Assembly (NCBI GenBank): GCA_963703345.1
Contig: OY969814.1
Coordinates: 1,728,001-1,792,000, forward strand
DNA: 64,000 nt
Source: an uncultured Chloroflexia bacterium
GTDB taxonomy: Bacteria; Chloroflexota; Dehalococcoidia; DSTF01; JALHUB01
Direction: 5' to 3'
Shown here: positions 59,861-64,000 of the stretch, piece after piece
Position numbering within the stretch: position 1 is the stretch's first letter
Layout of the letters: every line of letters begins with the position of its first letter
Notes under the pieces: model-generated
Database searches by the model: none
The model's input: the letters and a program-made list of their open reading frames with translations, nothing else
What the model was told of the DNA's origin: nothing
Program-made: the position numbers and the translations under genes

Positions 59861-61357
59861 ATGACTACTGAGACGAAAAAGGCGGTTGAGTACGAGACGG
59901 TAATCGGGCTGGAGGTGCATGTGCAGCTCCGCACCCGCAGCAAGATGTACTGTCGCTGCAGCGCCGACTACGCGAACACGCCGCCGAACACGCACGTCTG
60001 CCCGGTCTGCCTCGGCATGCCAGGCGTACTGCCCGTCATCAACCAGCAGGCGGTCGAGTTCACGATAATGACGGCGCTGGCGCTCGACTGCGAGATCCCG
60101 GAGCACGCCAAGTTCGACCGCAAGAACTACCCCTATCCCGACCTGATGAAGGGCTACCAGATATCGCAGTACGATATGCCATTCTCGCGCAACGGGCGGC
60201 TGGAGGTCGAGGCGGACGGCAAGCGAAGCGTGATCGGCATCACCCGCGTGCACCTGGAGGAGGACGTTGCCAAGCTGATGCACCGTCAGAACGAGGCCGG
60301 CGAGACGTACAGCCTGGTCGACGTCAACCGCGCCGGCGTCCCGCTGATGGAGATCGTCTCTGAGCCGGACATCCGCTCGCCCGAGGAGGCGCGCCAGTAC
60401 CTGATGAAGCTACGCCAGATCCTCCGCTACATCGGCGTGAGCGAGGCGAATATGGAGGAGGGCAGCTTCCGCTGCGATGCCAACATCAGCCTGCGACCGG
60501 CCGGCACGACGGAGCTCGGGCCGAAGGTCGAGGTCAAGAACATGAACAGCTTCCGGGCGGTGTTCCGGGCGCTGAGCTTCGAGGTGGAACGTCAGCGAGA
60601 CGTGCTTGCGGCCGGTGGAACGCCGGTGCAGGAGACGCGCGGCTGGGTGGAGGAGAAGGGTGAGACGGTCTCGCAGCGCACGAAGGAATACGCGCACGAC
60701 TATCGCTACTTCCCGGAGCCTGACCTGCCGCCGCTGCGACTGGAGCGCGAGTACGTCGAGAAGATACGGTCGTCGCTGCCGGAGCTGCCGGACGCGAAGG
60801 AGCGCCGCTTCATCGGCGAGTACGGCCTCAGCGAGTACGAGGCGCACCTGCTGACGGAGACGCGGGCCCGCGCCGACTTCTTCGAGGCCTGCCTTTCGTC
60901 GTCGCCGGCGGGCGCTGACGCGGAGGCGATGAAGCAACGGGCGAAGACGGTCAGCAACTGGATGCTGGGCGATTTCGCCAGGCTGCTGAACCAGGCCGGG
61001 ATCGACGTCGATGAGTCGAAGGTTGAGCCGCGCCACTTGTGTGATATGATAGGCTTAATCGAGCAGGGCGCTCTCAGTGGCAAGAGCGCCAAGGCCGTCT
61101 TCGAAGAGATGTTCAAGACCGGCAAAGCACCGGCGGAGGTGGTGCGCGAGCTGGGCCTCACCCAGATCAGCGGCGAAGAGGAGATAGCGGCTGTCGTCGA
61201 CAAGGTGCTGGCGGCAAACCCCAAAGCTGTGGAAGACTATCAAAGCGGTAAGGCGGAGGCTGCCAAGTTCCTCATTGGTCAGATCATGAGGGAGACGCGC
61301 GGCCGCGCCAACCCGGCGGTTGTCACGGAGCTTCTACGAGAGAAGCTGAAGTCCTGA
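59861..61357 (+). CDS. gatB: Asp/Glu-tRNA amidotransferase subunit B
   Basis: VIGLEVHVQL, CPVCLGMPG, FDRKNY, HLEED, NMEEGSFRCDAN, DYRYFPEPDL. Confidence 0.97.
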   Translation: MTTETKKAVEYETVIGLEVHVQLRTRSKMYCRCSADYANTPPNTHVCPVCLGMPGVLPVINQQAVEFTIMTALALDCEIPEHAKFDRKNYPYPDLMKGYQISQYDMPFSRNGRLEVEADGKRSVIGITRVHLEEDVAKLMHRQNEAGETYSLVDVNRAGVPLMEIVSEPDIRSPEEARQYLMKLRQILRYIGVSEANMEEGSFRCDANISLRPAGTTELGPKVEVKNMNSFRAVFRALSFEVERQRDVLAAGGTPVQETRGWVEEKGETVSQRTKEYAHDYRYFPEPDLPPLRLEREYVEKIRSSLPELPDAKERRFIGEYGLSEYEAHLLTETRARADFFEACLSSSPAGADAEAMKQRAKTVSNWMLGDFARLLNQAGIDVDESKVEPRHLCDMIGLIEQGALSGKSAKAVFEEMFKTGKAPAEVVRELGLTQISGEEEIAAVVDKVLAANPKAVEDYQSGKAEAAKFLIGQIMRETRGRANPAVVTELLREKLKS

Positions 61358-61396
61358 TGTCCTTCGTCCCTCCTGTTAGCTAATGATTGGCGATAA

Positions 61397-62725
61397 ATGA
61401 GGGCAATCCGAGAGAGCAACCTGATCAAGTGGCTCTACCTGGGCATTAACATCAAGCGCTGGCTCTTGCTGATGGCCCTGGGGGTCGCGGCGATGGGCCT
61501 CGGCTTCTCCTACCTCCTGCGCGAAGTCTACGTTTCCTACACCTTCCCCGAATCAGTCTACTACATCACCCTCCAGTTCATGCCGCGCTGGTTCAGGGGC
61601 ATGATGTTCATCGGCGCCAGCGGCGGACTCATCCTCGTCGCGTTCTGGCGGCTGAACAACTCGCTGCTGTCAGCGCTTGTGCGCCGGAGCGGCGACGAGA
61701 GCCTCGTCAACATCCTCTACAGCAATCGCTACCTGGCGAGAGGTCCGAAGGTCGTCGCTGTCGGCGGCGGCACGGGCCTGTCGACGTTGCTGCGCGGGCT
61801 GAAGGAGTACTCCGGCAACCTGACCGCAGTGGTGACCGTGGCGGACGACGGCGGCAGCTCGGGCAGACTGCGCCGCGAGCTGGGCATCCTGCCGCCGGGC
61901 GACGTGCGCAACTGCATCGCCGCCCTCGCGGACGCCGAGCCGCTGATGACGAAGCTCTTCCAGTACCGCTTCAGCGAGGGTTCGGGGCTAGAGGGACACA
62001 GCTTCGGCAACCTGTTCATCGTCGCCATGTCCGGCGTCACGGGCAACTTCGAGGAGGCCGTGCGCGAGACGAGCCGCGTCCTCGCCGTGCGCGGGAACAT
62101 CCTTCCCTCCACGCTGGCGAACGTCACGCTCTCCGCCCACACGGAGGATGAGGAGATCATTCACGGCGAGTCGAACATAACCGACTCGCCGAGCCGCATC
62201 CGCGAGGTCTATCTGCAGCCGGCGAACGTGGAAGCGAATCCGGATGCCGTCCGGGCGATACTGAACGCCGACATGATCGTCGTTGGGCCGGGCAGCCTGT
62301 TCACGAGCGTCATGCCCAACCTTCTCGTCGAAGGGATACGGCAGGCAATCCAGGCTTCGCCCGCGCTCAAGGTTTACGTCTGCAACGTGGCGACGCAGCG
62401 CGGCGAGACCGATTCCTTCGCCGTCAGCGACCACTTTGAAGTGCTCCGACGCCACATGGACGGCCATCTCTTCCACTACGTGCTGGCGAACAGCAACGTG
62501 CGCGGCCGTCTGCCGGAGAAAGCGCGGTCGCAGGCGGTCCTCGTCGACAAGACTGCTCTCGACGGCGCTCGCGTCATAACCGCAGACGTCGTAAGCGAGG
62601 ACAACCGCTATCACCACGACCCCAAGAAGCTGGCCGACACGCTCGTTCACCTCTACTACGAGCGCAACCAGGTCGAGCAGCTCATCGACAAGGCCGCAAC
62701 CGAGAGCGTGATGAGCGCGGGGTAG
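61397..62725 (+). CDS. YvcK/GlmR (CofD-family) protein with N-terminal membrane region
   Basis: GGGTGLSTLLRGLK, VADDGGSSG, PPGDVRNC, GHSFGNL, GPGSLFTS, HDPKKLA. Confidence 0.9.
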   Translation: MRAIRESNLIKWLYLGINIKRWLLLMALGVAAMGLGFSYLLREVYVSYTFPESVYYITLQFMPRWFRGMMFIGASGGLILVAFWRLNNSLLSALVRRSGDESLVNILYSNRYLARGPKVVAVGGGTGLSTLLRGLKEYSGNLTAVVTVADDGGSSGRLRRELGILPPGDVRNCIAALADAEPLMTKLFQYRFSEGSGLEGHSFGNLFIVAMSGVTGNFEEAVRETSRVLAVRGNILPSTLANVTLSAHTEDEEIIHGESNITDSPSRIREVYLQPANVEANPDAVRAILNADMIVVGPGSLFTSVMPNLLVEGIRQAIQASPALKVYVCNVATQRGETDSFAVSDHFEVLRRHMDGHLFHYVLANSNVRGRLPEKARSQAVLVDKTALDGARVITADVVSEDNRYHHDPKKLADTLVHLYYERNQVEQLIDKAATESVMSAG

Positions 62726-62761
62726 CGCCTACGCCGAGGATGGGTTAGATTAGTGGGTGCT

Positions 62762-63001
62762 ATGAATCTGAGCCTGTTCCTCGCGGCAGTCGGGCTGACG
62801 TACATCAACTACATACAGATCATCATATCCACGGTCCTGACGGTGGTGATCCTTCTTCAGGTTCGCGGATCGGGTTTCGGCGAGTTGGGCACGCAATCCG
62901 TGTTCCGCACGCGTCGTGGCGTCGAGAAGACGCTCTTCCAGTTGACGATCGTCCTGGCGGCGGTGTTCATCCTCGTCTCCATGTGGAGCGTCACTTCCTG
63001 A
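62762..63001 (+). CDS. secG: Preprotein translocase subunit SecG
   Basis: Two TMs flanking ILLQVRGSG..G...FRTRRGVEKTLF. Confidence 0.88.
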   Translation: MNLSLFLAAVGLTYINYIQIIISTVLTVVILLQVRGSGFGELGTQSVFRTRRGVEKTLFQLTIVLAAVFILVSMWSVTS

Positions 63002-63081
63002 GGCAACGGCTGAACAGCATGCCGGCGAAGGCTGTTTCGCCGCTTCTCAGAGGTTAACCAGCGAGTGAAGGCCGAGGTCGA

Positions 63082-64000
63082 ATGGCAAGCAGGCCTCGGC
63101 TCCGATGTCTTTCAGCGCCCTTCTCCGGTCGCTGGTCCCTCGAAATGCGGGTCCTCGACGTGACAAGCATAGCGCGCTCGCGATGGCTCCTGCCGGTGAT
63201 CGTGGCGTCCGGAGTGATCGTCCTCTCCGTGCTCTGGTACCAGACCTCGCGCTCGTCGCACATGAGCGCCTCCCTTCCCGTCGCCACCCACAAAGAAGGC
63301 GTGGCCGGTAGCTTCAGCCGCATCAACCCGCTCTATAGCTCGTCAAATGAAGTCGACGCCGACCTGACGACGCTCATCTTTTCCGGCGTAACGCGCCTGG
63401 GGCCGGACGGCCAGGTGCTGCCGGACCTGGCGGAGAGCTGGGACGTCAGCGGCGACGGCCTTACCTACACGTTCCACCTGCGTCAGAACGTGTCCTGGCA
63501 TGACGGCGAGCCGTTCACGGCCGACGACGTCATCTTCACGTACGACGCGCTTCGGGACCCCGACTTCCAGGGCCAACCGGCACAAGCGGAGCTATTTCAC
63601 AACATAACCGTCACGAAGGTGGACGACGCGACGGTGCAGATCCGGCTGACGCAGCCGTTCGCGCCGCTGCTGGCGCATCTGACCGTCGGTATCCTGCCGT
63701 CGCACCTGCTGCAGGGACAGGACGCGGAGGCGCTGTACTCCAGCCCCTTCAACCAGCAGCCCGTCGGCACGGGGCCGTTCCGGCTGACCGACCTGTCGCC
63801 GCAGCGGGCGGTGCTGGAGGCAAACACCGGCTACTATCTGGGCGGCCCCTATCTGCGGCGCTTCGAGTTCCGGTTCTATCAGGATGAGCCTTCGCTCTTG
63901 AAGGCCTTGAAGGCCGGCGAGGTGCAGAGCGCCTTCTTCCGCTCGCCACTGAACGCCGATGACAGCCAGTACCTGCAGACCGACGCGAATCTGCAGTTGC
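63082..64000 (+). CDS. Family-5 solute-binding protein, partial (runs off the window end); start 63082 or 63145
   Basis: Manual translation: EGVAG..RINPL, LPDLAESWDVSGDGLTYTFHLR, WHDGEPFTADDVIFT, PVGTGPF. Confidence 0.88.
   Translation, partial: MASRPRLRCLSAPFSGRWSLEMRVLDVTSIARSRWLLPVIVASGVIVLSVLWYQTSRSSHMSASLPVATHKEGVAGSFSRINPLYSSSNEVDADLTTLIFSGVTRLGPDGQVLPDLAESWDVSGDGLTYTFHLRQNVSWHDGEPFTADDVIFTYDALRDPDFQGQPAQAELFHNITVTKVDDATVQIRLTQPFAPLLAHLTVGILPSHLLQGQDAEALYSSPFNQQPVGTGPFRLTDLSPQRAVLEANTGYYLGGPYLRRFEFRFYQDEPSLLKALKAGEVQSAFFRSPLNADDSQYLQTDANLQL

Noticed and set aside
59389-59864. ORFs overlapping the tRNA cluster
   Set aside because: Spurious translations of tRNA genes

Overview
High-GC bacterial chromosomal segment. 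Gene content and protein style suggest Chloroflexota, probably Dehalococcoidia; this is inference, as there is no rRNA marker in the window. Most of it is housekeeping: argF (partial), comEA-comEC, rph, an acyl-CoA carboxylase beta subunit, a TCA block (aconitase, mdh, two-subunit fumarase, sdhABCD), NUDIX/GNAT/NAD kinase/TlyA, tig-clpP-clpX, an Opp/Dpp ABC cluster with a frameshifted binding-protein gene, aspS, hemW, an HDAC-family protein, four tRNAs, gatB, yvcK/glmR and secG. The standout is an archaeal-type flagellum (archaellum) cluster at ~41.4-47.9 kb (arlB, arlCDE-like, arlG, arlF, arlH, arlI, arlJ) embedded in bacterial DNA. It is followed by an acidic orphan and a peptidoglycan amidase, preceded by a structured leader and a divergent pseudo-receiver NarL regulator, and lies near TadG-like and O-antigen-ligase/TPR genes. 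A second accessory locus (9.4-13.5 kb) holds two tandemly duplicated, membrane-anchored glycine-repeat proteins with a Peptidase_S74 autochaperone and a Cys-rich 'NAH'-repeat surface protein. All calls come from manual motif reading; no database searches were run.
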